DNA of 64,000 nt, taken from positions 64,001 to 128,000 of the IMG/VR virus record IMGVR_UViG_3300020469_000008; one strand, 5' to 3'. Position numbers and translations under genes: made by a program. Source of the stretch: a virus (lineage: Duplodnaviria; Caudoviricetes). This document shows positions 1-9,731 of this stretch, one piece after another. Each line of letters starts with the position of its first letter. Position 1 is the stretch's first letter. Below the pieces are notes generated by a model that had not been told where the DNA came from, did not search any database, and saw only the letters and a program-made list of their open reading frames with translations.

Positions 1-2
1 GA

Positions 3-1994
3 TTTTCTCACGCTGCATCGCCTTTTGTTATATCACAAAATTTTGCAGGAACTCCTAAAAATCTATTTAGAATTCATATGTTGTCTGCAGGTTCTGGTGT
101 CGCAAATAAATTTAAGTTTTCAATTGAGAATATAAGAAAATCATCATCAACAAAAAATCTTTACGGTACTTTCGATCTACTTGTCAGGAGTTTTAGTGAT
201 ACTGACGAAGAGCCAAGAGTAATCGAATCGTTCAGAGGCTTAAGTTTAGATCCAACTTCAGATCGATATATTGCAAGAGTTATTGGTGATCAAAACATAC
301 AATACAATTTTGATGTTGCTGAAACAAGTCAAAAACTAATTGTTGAAGGTAATCACCCAGTTAGATCTAGGTTTATTCGGGTTGCGATTGCTAATGACGT
401 TTCAACAGGTATTGAAGAAGCTACCGCTTTACCTATGGGTTTTAGAGGCCCTAATCACTTAGTAACAAGTGGTTCTTTACTTTCTAATGAAGTTGACAAT
501 GCTTATGTCACGTCAACATCAGTACAATCTATAACCGAACCACCAATACCTTATAGAAAGACAGTTTCAGTAGGTACAGGTATACAGAAAAAATCAGACA
601 GTCGATTATTTTGGGGAGTTAATACTGTAAGACAAACAAGTGCAACTCAACCAAACTTAGCTAGTTTGTTCAATAGATCTTTTAACACGTATTCAAAACA
701 TTTTCCTACGCATAGAACTGATCAACCTAATTTTTCTGTCGGTAATAACCCAGGCACAGCTGATGCTGGAGGGGCCATTCTAGATTGTGACAGATTTAAT
801 AATAATAAGTTTAGTTTAGAAAATATTCTTGTTCGAACAGGATCTGATGGTTTAGCTGATCCGGAACATTGGCTTAGCGCTTCATTTCTAAGAAGAAACA
901 GTACTGTTGGTGACATTAATCACGTCACAAAAGTAAGAGGTTTTTCTGTTGACGATTTAGGTAAAGTAGCTAATATTAAGTTTGCTAAATTTACTTTCTT
1001 TGCACAAGGTGGTTCTGACGGTGTTAATATTTTCGATGAAGAAAAAAGCAAATTGTCAAACACAGCTGTTAAAAGAGAAATGGATGATTCATCATCATCA
1101 GGTGTAAATGACAATACAGTTGCTGCATATAGAAAAGCATTAAGTGTAATGAACTCCAAAGCTGACGTTGATATACAGGTACTCGCAGTACCGGGTATTA
1201 GACATGCATCAGTAACAGATTTTGCAATACAAAAAACTGAAGATCGTTTTGATGCAATCTACATTATGGACATTGAAGAGAGAGATCAAGTTAATACTGT
1301 TATAACTTCGTCTATACAAAAACCACATGTTTCAAACACAGTGACATCTTTTAAAAATAGAGCACTTGATACTTCATTTGCAGCTGCATACTTTCCAGAT
1401 GTTGTTGTGACTGATCCTTCTACACAAACATTAGTTCAAGTTCCACCATCAGTTGCAGTCTTAGGCGCTTACTCTTTAAACGATAGAGTTGCTCATCCTT
1501 GGTTTGCACCAGCTGGATTTACAAGAGGCGCGTTAAACACAGTTGAAATGCCTTCTGTAAAGTTAAATCGCACAAACCTTGATGATTTGTATGAAGCTGA
1601 TATAAATCCAATTGCAGAATTCCCAGGTGTTGGTATCACTATCTGGGGACAAAAAACACTGCAAGCTGACAATTCTGCACTAGATAGAATCAATGTTAGA
1701 AGACTTTTAATTGATGTTCGTAGAAAAATTAGAAATATTGCAAATTCACTTCTATTTGAACCTAATAGAGAAGAGACACTTGAGAGGTTTACGTCATTAG
1801 TTAACCCAATTCTACAAAGAATTCAAGAACAAAGTGGTGTTGATAGATTCAAGGCAGTGATTGACACATCAACGACAACACAGGCTGATGTAGAAAATAA
1901 CACTATTCGTGGTAAGATATTCTTACAACCTACACGTTCCGTTGAGTTTGTAGCACTAGATTTTGTAGTAACAAATGCTGGTTCAAATATTTAG
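3..1994 (+). CDS. Contractile tail sheath protein (5' partial)
   Basis: The frame is open from position 3. C-terminal sheath motifs include WFAPAGFTRG, INPIAEFPG.GITIWGQKTLQ, LDRINVRRLL and IFLQPTRSVEFVALDF. Confidence 0.95.
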   Translation, partial: FSHAASPFVISQNFAGTPKNLFRIHMLSAGSGVANKFKFSIENIRKSSSTKNLYGTFDLLVRSFSDTDEEPRVIESFRGLSLDPTSDRYIARVIGDQNIQYNFDVAETSQKLIVEGNHPVRSRFIRVAIANDVSTGIEEATALPMGFRGPNHLVTSGSLLSNEVDNAYVTSTSVQSITEPPIPYRKTVSVGTGIQKKSDSRLFWGVNTVRQTSATQPNLASLFNRSFNTYSKHFPTHRTDQPNFSVGNNPGTADAGGAILDCDRFNNNKFSLENILVRTGSDGLADPEHWLSASFLRRNSTVGDINHVTKVRGFSVDDLGKVANIKFAKFTFFAQGGSDGVNIFDEEKSKLSNTAVKREMDDSSSSGVNDNTVAAYRKALSVMNSKADVDIQVLAVPGIRHASVTDFAIQKTEDRFDAIYIMDIEERDQVNTVITSSIQKPHVSNTVTSFKNRALDTSFAAAYFPDVVVTDPSTQTLVQVPPSVAVLGAYSLNDRVAHPWFAPAGFTRGALNTVEMPSVKLNRTNLDDLYEADINPIAEFPGVGITIWGQKTLQADNSALDRINVRRLLIDVRRKIRNIANSLLFEPNREETLERFTSLVNPILQRIQEQSGVDRFKAVIDTSTTTQADVENNTIRGKIFLQPTRSVEFVALDFVVTNAGSNI

Positions 1995-2000
1995 TGAATA

Positions 2001-2008
2001 GATATATA
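2001..2008 (+). promoter_or_regulatory. Putative late promoter GATATATA
   Basis: The motif lies just upstream of the tube-gene SD (AAGGAG) and recurs before other structural genes. Confidence 0.55.
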
Positions 2009-2029
2009 GTATAGATTAAGGAGATTAAA

Positions 2030-2521
2030 ATGGCAGAAACACTAGCAGTCACGGACATGTTACCAAATAAGTTTGAGCCGAAAAGAGGTTATCGATGGGT
2101 TTTAGCAATTGAAGGTATTGACTCGTTCTTAGTAACATCAACAAAACGCCCGGACGTATCGATGGGGACACAGGAAATAAAATTTATCAACAGCTATCGC
2201 ATGATATCAGACGGTAAGATTAAGTGGGGTAGCATTAGCGTCGACTTACATGATCCTATCGCACCATCTGGTGCACAGCAAGTAATGGAGTGGATTAGAA
2301 CACACTATGAGTCTGTTTCTGGCCGTGCAGGTTACGCTGATTTTTATAAGCGTGATATTCAGCTAAAAATGTTAGACCCAATCGGTACTGTTGTAGAATT
2401 ATGGGACATCAAAGGCGCAATCATTGCTAGTGCAAACTTTGGAAGCTTAAGTTATGATGGAACTGATTTAATGAAGATTAGTCTTACACTAGAAGTTGAC
2501 AATTGTGTTATGCAATTCTAA
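2030..2521 (+). CDS. Tail tube protein (T4 gp19-like)
   Basis: It follows the sheath gene and has FEPKR..RW, DPIAPSGAQQVMEW, YKRDIQLKMLDP and WDIKGA motifs. Confidence 0.92.
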   Translation: MAETLAVTDMLPNKFEPKRGYRWVLAIEGIDSFLVTSTKRPDVSMGTQEIKFINSYRMISDGKIKWGSISVDLHDPIAPSGAQQVMEWIRTHYESVSGRAGYADFYKRDIQLKMLDPIGTVVELWDIKGAIIASANFGSLSYDGTDLMKISLTLEVDNCVMQF

Positions 2522-2546
2522 TTAATTATATTAACAACGAACAAAG

Positions 2547-2577
2547 ACTCCTGTACAATATACAGGAGTTTTTTTTT
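2547..2577 (+). terminator. Intrinsic terminator after tail tube
   Basis: Stem ACTCCTGTA-caata-TACAGGAGT followed by a T run. Confidence 0.8.
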
Positions 2578-2587
2578 GGAGAAATTT

Positions 2588-3388
2588 ATGGACAAAAATA
2601 TACCAACAACAAATGTAATGAAAGATACTTTTGGGTGGGAAGTACCACAAGAACTAGTACCAATACCTTCTGAAGGTAAAATATACGACCCGAACAGTAC
2701 ATTGTATGGTAAGAAAACAGTTCAAATCAAGGCAATGACTGCAAAGGAAGAAGATATTCTTACTAGTCAAGCTTTTTTAAAAGAAGGTACTGTAATTGAA
2801 AATCTTATTAAGTCTTGTCTAATTGACGATACTTTTGACGTCAATGATCTAATTAATGGCGACAGAAATGCGATACTAGTTTCAGTTAGAATAACTGGGT
2901 ATGGAGGAGAGTACGCTGTCGTTCACGGGTGTGCTAAATGTTCTTCAAAAAATAATGTTGATGTTGATTTAGGTTCTTTAGCGATTAAAAGATTACAAAT
3001 TGAACCGGTTGAAGAAGGCAAAAATTTATTTATTTATGAACTACCTGTGACAAAAAAGAATGTTGTATTTAAGTTTTTGACAGGTAAAGATGAGAAAGAT
3101 GAAGAAGTAAGAGTTAAAAGAATGGAAGCTCTTAACATTCAACAAGATAATTCAGTTACAAGATATTTGGAACAAATAATTGTTTCTGTTGATGGTGTTA
3201 CAGACAAAAATAAGATTCATCATTTTGTTAAAAATATGCCTGCATTAGATTCAAGAAAATTAAGGATGTATTCTAAAAGTCAAGAACCAGGTATTGACAT
3301 GTCTTGGAAATACAATTGTGAAAGTTGTGGCCAGTCAAATGAGTTCACAGTCCCAATAACCCCAGAGTTTTTTTGGCCCAGTACATAG
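2588..3388 (+). CDS. Tail assembly chaperone / T4 gp26-like hub protein (short form)
   Basis: It sits between tube and tape-measure genes, has two CxxC motifs, MTAKEEDIL and a C-terminal FFWP. ATG 2588 has a GGAGA SD. Confidence 0.75.
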   Translation: MDKNIPTTNVMKDTFGWEVPQELVPIPSEGKIYDPNSTLYGKKTVQIKAMTAKEEDILTSQAFLKEGTVIENLIKSCLIDDTFDVNDLINGDRNAILVSVRITGYGGEYAVVHGCAKCSSKNNVDVDLGSLAIKRLQIEPVEEGKNLFIYELPVTKKNVVFKFLTGKDEKDEEVRVKRMEALNIQQDNSVTRYLEQIIVSVDGVTDKNKIHHFVKNMPALDSRKLRMYSKSQEPGIDMSWKYNCESCGQSNEFTVPITPEFFWPST

Positions 3389-3632
3389 TTGGAGAGAATC
3401 AATCCTAGAGGAATTTTTCGCCCTCCAACTCCACCTCAATATGTCTTACTCAGAGGTGCACCGATTACCAATACGTTATCGGCGCTGGTTCCTGCGTAGA
3501 TTGACGCGACACTTTGCGGAAAAGAATAAAATACACGAAGAAGCAGTTTCTAAATCAACGTCATCAAGAAGCAGTGAAGATCTAGACAACTTCAACAAGT
3601 TTCAGAGTCAAGTTAACAAGAAGTTTTCTTAG
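3375..3632 (+). CDS. Frameshift-accessed C-terminal extension of the tail chaperone (GT-like)
   Basis: The frame is open from the T7 run at 3368-3374 to 3632, with no SD before ATG 3441. The product contains EEFFALQLHLNMSYSEV..LP...R.WFL.RL. Confidence 0.7.
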   Translation, partial: GPVHSWRESILEEFFALQLHLNMSYSEVHRLPIRYRRWFLRRLTRHFAEKNKIHEEAVSKSTSSRSSEDLDNFNKFQSQVNKKFS

Positions 3633-3634
3633 TA

Positions 3635-3642
3635 GATATTTA
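3635..3642 (+). promoter_or_regulatory. Putative late promoter GATATTTA
   Basis: It lies upstream of the GAGGTG SD of the tape-measure gene. Confidence 0.5.
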
Positions 3643-3660
3643 TTATGTTGAGGTGTAAAT

Positions 3661-5616
3661 ATGGCGACTGGTGATAATACGGTATTAGGCGAAGTAACTT
3701 TAGGTGACTTTAAAGCTGCTGTGAAAGAAGCTGTAAAAAGCGGAGTGTCAGCAGGTGGTACAACATCAGATTCATCTGATATCTCTACTGATTTTGACTC
3801 AGATTCTCCGAGCTCCGAAGACAATGAACAGGAAAGAGCTGATAAAATTGCGGGTTACAAGAACCAGTTTTCAGCAATACTTGCAGATGCCGGCGTTGCG
3901 ACAGACGATTTTATTGGAAGAACTGGTAAAACACTTAGTCAATTTGCTGAAGAAATGTACGATTATCAGTTAAAAAGAGCTAATGCTAATAAAAAAGAGC
4001 TTGAATACATTTATAACGCAAGAAAAGAGATTGGTGGTATATCTATAATTCCTGATGAGCAAGGACAAATCGCAGAAGGCATTACCAAAAAAGTAATTGA
4101 TCAAGCTGAAGCAATGTTTCTCCGCGGTACTGATGCTTATGAGTCAACCGTTAAGTTCCAAGGTGCCCTAGCTAATTTTAAAGTAAGCGATCTCTTTGAA
4201 AATGCTGAAGAGATGATGGGTGCATACACAGAGTTAATGGGTCGATTTGTGACAGACATGCCTGGGATGGCAGCAAAACTAACAGACGATATGGCAGAAA
4301 CTTTTTTAGGCTTTCAAAAATCTCTTTCACTTTCTGAACAAGACATGTCTGATATTATAAAAAGACAATATGCGTTTACAGGTGAGGCTAATGCTGATGT
4401 ATTAGGCCAGATCGCTAATGTATCTAAAGAACTAGCTGATCAAGTCGGAACTGGTGCAAACAAGCTTAAGAAAGAAATTGTGGCAATTATTACAGATGTC
4501 GATAGATTTGGTAACATTGGTGTAGATGCTGCTGGTAGAATCTCTGCTGCTTTGGCACAAACCGGTGTGGATTTTAACTCGTTTGTAAGACTTACAGACC
4601 AATTTATGAGATTTGATACAGCAGCTGATAAAATGGGTGAGTTGTCTGCATTATTCGGTATTCAGATGGATGCAATGGAAATGACTTACTTGGCTAACGA
4701 AGATCAAGAAGAGTTTCTATTTAGAATGCGCGAAGAAATTATGGATTCTGGAGTTGATGTTGAAAATATGTCAAATGCACGTGCCAGAGCTCTTGCTGGA
4801 CAATTAAATATGAACGTTTCACAAATGAAAATGTTTTTACGTGAAGGCGAGATGGCGGTTGATCAAGCGCAAATGGAAGCAACTACTGATGCAACTGCAG
4901 ATATGGACGGATTGACAACAGCCGCACAGAATTTTGGTGATGTTTTTGCTAGCTCTGCAAAGGATGCCACAACAGCTTTTAAAGAAGCCATAATTCCTTC
5001 AATTATGGCGTCAAAAGCAGGTCTACTGGAAGCTCACAAGGCAACAGCAGAACTCGGCAAAGAAATGAGATCATTTGACTTTGATGAAGAAGCAACTGAA
5101 GCTATGCAAAAATCAATCCAGGCTGCGACTGAAGTTAGAGTTGGCGCAATAAATGCACAGACTGAAGCGACGATTGTAATGATGAATAAATTAAACAAAT
5201 TTGCATCTGAAGGTGTTGTACTTGCAGGAAAAGCTATTAAAGCTGGTGCTAATTTTGGAAAAGACGGTATTTACACAGGTCTGTCTATGACACAAGGTTT
5301 AGGTGGTGATGCAGTTAGGGTAGGGCAAGGTAGAGAAGTCACCGGTGAGACAGAAGCGTTAAATAAAGCCTCAATGGCTAAGGTGGAACAGGATGCAGAA
5401 TTAGTAGCAGCAATGAAAACAGTTGCTGCGGGTGAAGAACTACGTATAAAACAAGGTCAAGAAGGAAAATATGGATTTGATCAGGACGCACTAAAGCAAA
5501 TATCGGAAGTACCTATCACGATTCAAATTGACATTGACGGCGACAAAGTGGCTGAAAAGACAGCTCAAGTCTACAGAAGAAATGGAAAAGAGTTAGTTGT
5601 AGTTCCTGTTAAATAA
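3661..5616 (+). CDS. Probable tape measure protein
   Basis: A 651-aa Ala/Glu/Met-rich helical protein directly after the chaperone pair. Confidence 0.7.
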   Translation: MATGDNTVLGEVTLGDFKAAVKEAVKSGVSAGGTTSDSSDISTDFDSDSPSSEDNEQERADKIAGYKNQFSAILADAGVATDDFIGRTGKTLSQFAEEMYDYQLKRANANKKELEYIYNARKEIGGISIIPDEQGQIAEGITKKVIDQAEAMFLRGTDAYESTVKFQGALANFKVSDLFENAEEMMGAYTELMGRFVTDMPGMAAKLTDDMAETFLGFQKSLSLSEQDMSDIIKRQYAFTGEANADVLGQIANVSKELADQVGTGANKLKKEIVAIITDVDRFGNIGVDAAGRISAALAQTGVDFNSFVRLTDQFMRFDTAADKMGELSALFGIQMDAMEMTYLANEDQEEFLFRMREEIMDSGVDVENMSNARARALAGQLNMNVSQMKMFLREGEMAVDQAQMEATTDATADMDGLTTAAQNFGDVFASSAKDATTAFKEAIIPSIMASKAGLLEAHKATAELGKEMRSFDFDEEATEAMQKSIQAATEVRVGAINAQTEATIVMMNKLNKFASEGVVLAGKAIKAGANFGKDGIYTGLSMTQGLGGDAVRVGQGREVTGETEALNKASMAKVEQDAELVAAMKTVAAGEELRIKQGQEGKYGFDQDALKQISEVPITIQIDIDGDKVAEKTAQVYRRNGKELVVVPVK

Positions 5617-5629
5617 ATGAGGTTTAAAG

Positions 5630-5842
5630 ATGAATAATACACACCAAACAATTAAAGATGAAATATACAGTTATATTACACAATTAGAATTAACCCCACA
5701 AGAACTTGATCATATCGATACTTATGTAAAAGATCTGCTGGTTTTTCTTGAACCTATAATAAACACTCAAGAAGCTGTAGTAAGTCAGCAAGAATCGTTT
5801 ACACAACTTAAAAAAATGATTTTAGACAATTTAGGAGTATAA
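5630..5842 (+). CDS. Hypothetical protein
   Basis: 70 aa with a GAGG SD, tightly packed in the tail operon. Confidence 0.7.
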   Translation: MNNTHQTIKDEIYSYITQLELTPQELDHIDTYVKDLLVFLEPIINTQEAVVSQQESFTQLKKMILDNLGV

Positions 5843-5843
5843 A

Positions 5844-8800
5844 TTGGCCAGAGAAACACTCAAAGACTTTTTAAACTCAAAAGGGCATGCAACAGACTCA
5901 ATATCATATGTGCAAAAAGAGTCACCTGATGGTTTGGGTGTTGATCCAGGCACTGGTGAAGAATTAGTAGACTTAGTGAATTCAGCAAAAGGTTTACTAG
6001 GCGATTACTTAAAATTTTTAGTAGATAATTCATCTAACGATTTTAAATTAAAAGGTGGAAATGAAAAGGCTTCATCTAGCAAAAGAGGCGACGATCTAGT
6101 TCTAGCAGATTTGCAAGGCGCAGACAATGTTTTTGTCGAGCAAGGTACAGTACTCAAAGCAAAATTAAATGAAAATAGTAATAGTGGTAAATTTGATTCA
6201 TCTGGTACTGATCTAAACACACTTGTAGACAAGGTGGGTAAAAACTTTAGTAATCATAACAAGTTGAAAGAAATACAAGGTAGAGAACGCAGCGTACATG
6301 GCAGCACATTAACTAATGCTAATGGTGATGAAAATGACATTGTTCAAGCTACGCAAAAAATGTTTTTAGCAAACAATCGTTTTGCAAATGTTGGAAATCC
6401 TAATAAACAATCTTTCACTGTTAAACCACAATCGATTGAACAATTTGAGAAAGATGAAAAAACTAATAATTCAGGTACATTAAACTTACAAAGAAAGTTT
6501 GGTGTATATGATCAAAATAGTCAAGGCATCACAAGCATAGAAAAAATAAAACAAATTGGTGCTTCACTATTACTTAAATCTTCTGGGTTTTCATATGGTT
6601 CAACACCTGGCAACACCGAAGAAACTTATGAATTTTTGGATGGGATCAATGAGGAATCAGCAAAAAACTTTGATTTAAATGCTGGTTTTTCAAAACTTAA
6701 CTTTAGTAACATACGTGCTAAAAATGCAAAGGGGTTTCCCGACAATAATGCAGGAACATCAATTAGAAGCGACCGCGGTGAATTTGTATCCTTAGGCTCA
6801 GAAGGGTTTGATGATAACGCTAATAGTAAAACAACGTTTGGAAGCACCTATAACACTGGTTTTAGGTTTCAAGGCAATACTATTAAATTACACAAAATAC
6901 AAGCTGCGATATCTATGATCGCACTTAAAAATGTTGGTAGCAGATTTTGGAGTAGTTTCATAGAAAAGCTTAGACAAGAAGACAGGGTGGATTTAACTGC
7001 GTCAACAGAATCATTCGTGAAGGAAAACACAAAAGGTGATGTTTTAACATACATGTTGGGTAAATCTAGACAACTTGGCTCACTTCAAATAGACAACTTT
7101 ATTTTTGGTTCATTATTAACAAATACAACATATCCTTACGGTGACGCAGTTGATCGAGGTTTGGAAATATTATTTGGAAATTCTGATCGTGACGACCCAG
7201 AAAAAGTTGCAGAACAAAGTATAATATCACAGGCTCCTGGGTTTTGGCTAGCGATTAGTAGATCTGTACTTAAATCTTTTGATGATATATATCAAAAGTA
7301 TAGTGGTGAAGATTTAAATCAAGGATTGTCAACAAAAGAGTTGTTTTCAATATACAAAGATATGATTGAATCGAATCGATTTATCAGATTTTTTAACGTC
7401 TTAGCTGTGATGGGCGACATTAGCTTGTCATCTACTGATGGTGTAAAAAACAATATTGGTGATAAAAACTTTAAAAGAGCAAGGGACGTCGATGCAATAC
7501 CTGACACCCTCTCGATACCCGGTAAATCTAGAAAAAAAGATGGATTTAACAAGAACGAGCTTTCCTGGGGGAGTAATACAACACCATCAATGTACATATT
7601 ACCAGCAAACATTATAAGAGCAGCTAGCTTACTTAACAATACAGTTGAAGGTGAAAATCCGGCACGAGGAATGTTAGGTTCTAAGTTATCTTCTAGTACT
7701 TATATGGGAATTGACGTCGATGGTTCTTTTAATAGAATACCTAATGAAGTAGTAAAGATTTTAGAAGATAAACTTGATTCAGAATATGTTCCTTTTTATA
7801 TTCAGGATTTAAGAACAAATGAAATTATTTCTTTTCACGCATTTTTAGACTCACTATCAGATACTATAACACCCACATTTAATGGTGTTTCTGCGTACGG
7901 CCGAGCTGATGCTGTTCAAATATATCAAAGTACAACTAGGTCTTTGCAAGTTGGTTTTACGCTTTTTGCAACTAACAGAGAAGATTTTGACGCAATGTGG
8001 TATAAAATAAACAAATTTGTTACTTTGTTATACCCACAATATACACCTGGTTCTATGGTTTCTAACGGTGAAGGATCAAAGTTTTATCAACCATTTAGTC
8101 AAGTAGTCGGCGCGTCACCAATAGTTCGTCTTAGGATTGGTGATGTAATAAAATCAAACTATTCTAGATTTGGATTAGCCCGGGCTTTTGGTATCGGAGA
8201 CGATAATGTTAATGCAAAACTAAACCAAACACCAACACTTGGGTCTTTAGTATCTAGTGTTGATGCATTGAGTAACGTATATAATGTACTTACAGATTCT
8301 ATAATTAAAGTTTGGTTAAGTTCTTTTGGATCTCCGCACTCTGTCGTTAATCTTGCATCAGGCGCAGTACCTACAGGCTCAAGTGGTCTAGCTAAAATGC
8401 TCAAGTCAAGCGTGACGTCAGGTGTGATAAGCGCAGCCGCTGGGATTTTGGTAAATGGTTTTGCAAACCCTCTTGCAGTGGATAACATTATACTACAACT
8501 AACAGACCCCAATCAACAGATAGGCGGTAACGATCAGACATCTAAACTGTTATCGTATTTAGATGAGTCAGCACTGACTACTGGTTATGCTGCTGGAACG
8601 GTTGAAGGCGTGGAAGCTTTTACGCTTCGACAAATGATATTAAAACCAAACGTAGTAAATGGATATTTTTGTGCTGAAACTGGTAAAAAATATTTACTGC
8701 CAAGGCGTATAAAAGTAAGAGTTATGAAAAAAGGACCAATGTCTAATCTTTCAGAAATTGCAGGTTTACCTAACATAATAGGTTACTTGGTTAAGGTTGT

Positions 8801-9416
8801 TGATCCTGCAGCACCTATTGAATTATCCAACCAGGGTTCTGAACAACATTTAGTTGTTAGACATTCAGATATTTTGCCAGACCCAAAAGAGTTGTTTAAT
8901 AATTCAGTGATCGGTGCAGCTCTATTCGCGTCAGATCCAATCGCAGCTGCAGCTGATGTTGGTTTAAATCAACTTATGAACGATTACACACTAAATAGCG
9001 GAATACCTAACGAAATTAATGATTTTATAAGATCACAGTATCTTCGTGATGATGCGTTGTTTATGAGACCTGAGTTAAACCCATACGTTAGAGCTATGGA
9101 AACGACAAAAGGTCGCGGTTTGGCAGGTGTAATAAAAGGAATTACTTTTAACTGGCTAGACAATTTTCCTTGGGAAGTTGATTATAATGCTCGTGCGCCA
9201 ATGGGTGTAAAAATATCCTTTGGTTTTGATGTTATTCATGATCTTCCGCCAGGATTAGATCATAGCGGTTACAATAAAGCACCACTTTATAACGTTGGCG
9301 AAATAATGAGAAACTTATCAGGTGACGTATACGAAGACAATGGTAAGTCTGCAGAGCTTAATTACAGAAAAGAAGGTGGTAAAGCGTCACGTGTTAAAGG
9401 TCAAAATAACGGCTAG
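5844..9416 (+). CDS. Baseplate hub / tail-tube initiator-like protein
   Basis: 1190 aa. The PFYIQDLRTNEIISFHAFL...YGRAD.VQIYQSTTRSLQVGF...KINKFVTLLYPQY segment resembles tube-initiator proteins, and it is in baseplate context. TTG start with GGAG SD. Confidence 0.7.
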   Translation: MARETLKDFLNSKGHATDSISYVQKESPDGLGVDPGTGEELVDLVNSAKGLLGDYLKFLVDNSSNDFKLKGGNEKASSSKRGDDLVLADLQGADNVFVEQGTVLKAKLNENSNSGKFDSSGTDLNTLVDKVGKNFSNHNKLKEIQGRERSVHGSTLTNANGDENDIVQATQKMFLANNRFANVGNPNKQSFTVKPQSIEQFEKDEKTNNSGTLNLQRKFGVYDQNSQGITSIEKIKQIGASLLLKSSGFSYGSTPGNTEETYEFLDGINEESAKNFDLNAGFSKLNFSNIRAKNAKGFPDNNAGTSIRSDRGEFVSLGSEGFDDNANSKTTFGSTYNTGFRFQGNTIKLHKIQAAISMIALKNVGSRFWSSFIEKLRQEDRVDLTASTESFVKENTKGDVLTYMLGKSRQLGSLQIDNFIFGSLLTNTTYPYGDAVDRGLEILFGNSDRDDPEKVAEQSIISQAPGFWLAISRSVLKSFDDIYQKYSGEDLNQGLSTKELFSIYKDMIESNRFIRFFNVLAVMGDISLSSTDGVKNNIGDKNFKRARDVDAIPDTLSIPGKSRKKDGFNKNELSWGSNTTPSMYILPANIIRAASLLNNTVEGENPARGMLGSKLSSSTYMGIDVDGSFNRIPNEVVKILEDKLDSEYVPFYIQDLRTNEIISFHAFLDSLSDTITPTFNGVSAYGRADAVQIYQSTTRSLQVGFTLFATNREDFDAMWYKINKFVTLLYPQYTPGSMVSNGEGSKFYQPFSQVVGASPIVRLRIGDVIKSNYSRFGLARAFGIGDDNVNAKLNQTPTLGSLVSSVDALSNVYNVLTDSIIKVWLSSFGSPHSVVNLASGAVPTGSSGLAKMLKSSVTSGVISAAAGILVNGFANPLAVDNIILQLTDPNQQIGGNDQTSKLLSYLDESALTTGYAAGTVEGVEAFTLRQMILKPNVVNGYFCAETGKKYLLPRRIKVRVMKKGPMSNLSEIAGLPNIIGYLVKVVDPAAPIELSNQGSEQHLVVRHSDILPDPKELFNNSVIGAALFASDPIAAAADVGLNQLMNDYTLNSGIPNEINDFIRSQYLRDDALFMRPELNPYVRAMETTKGRGLAGVIKGITFNWLDNFPWEVDYNARAPMGVKISFGFDVIHDLPPGLDHSGYNKAPLYNVGEIMRNLSGDVYEDNGKSAELNYRKEGGKASRVKGQNNG

Positions 9417-9425
9417 GAGATTTAA

Positions 9426-9731
9426 ATGGCACTATCAAGATACTCATTTGCAGTACAAAGAAAGGATTCTAATGATCAAAAAATTGTAAGTATTTCAGGT
9501 TCTTGCTATCAGATATATAACGCAATTGAGAATGGCACTTTAAGTTACAGTGTTCATGTTCTAGAACAAGGTGAAAGACTAGACTATCTTGCAGGAATTA
9601 ATTACGGTGATTCTAGCTTTTGGTGGATTCTAGCAGCAGCAAGCGGAATCGGTTACGCACTACAAGTACCACCAGGCACAATTATTAGAATACCAAACAG
9701 TATATCTGAAGTTTTTGGAGTAATTTTGTGA
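9426..9731 (+). CDS. LysM-like baseplate wedge protein (gp53/GpX-like)
   Basis: GERLDYLAGINYGDSSFWWILAAASGI...VPPGTIIRIP. Confidence 0.85.
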   Translation: MALSRYSFAVQRKDSNDQKIVSISGSCYQIYNAIENGTLSYSVHVLEQGERLDYLAGINYGDSSFWWILAAASGIGYALQVPPGTIIRIPNSISEVFGVIL

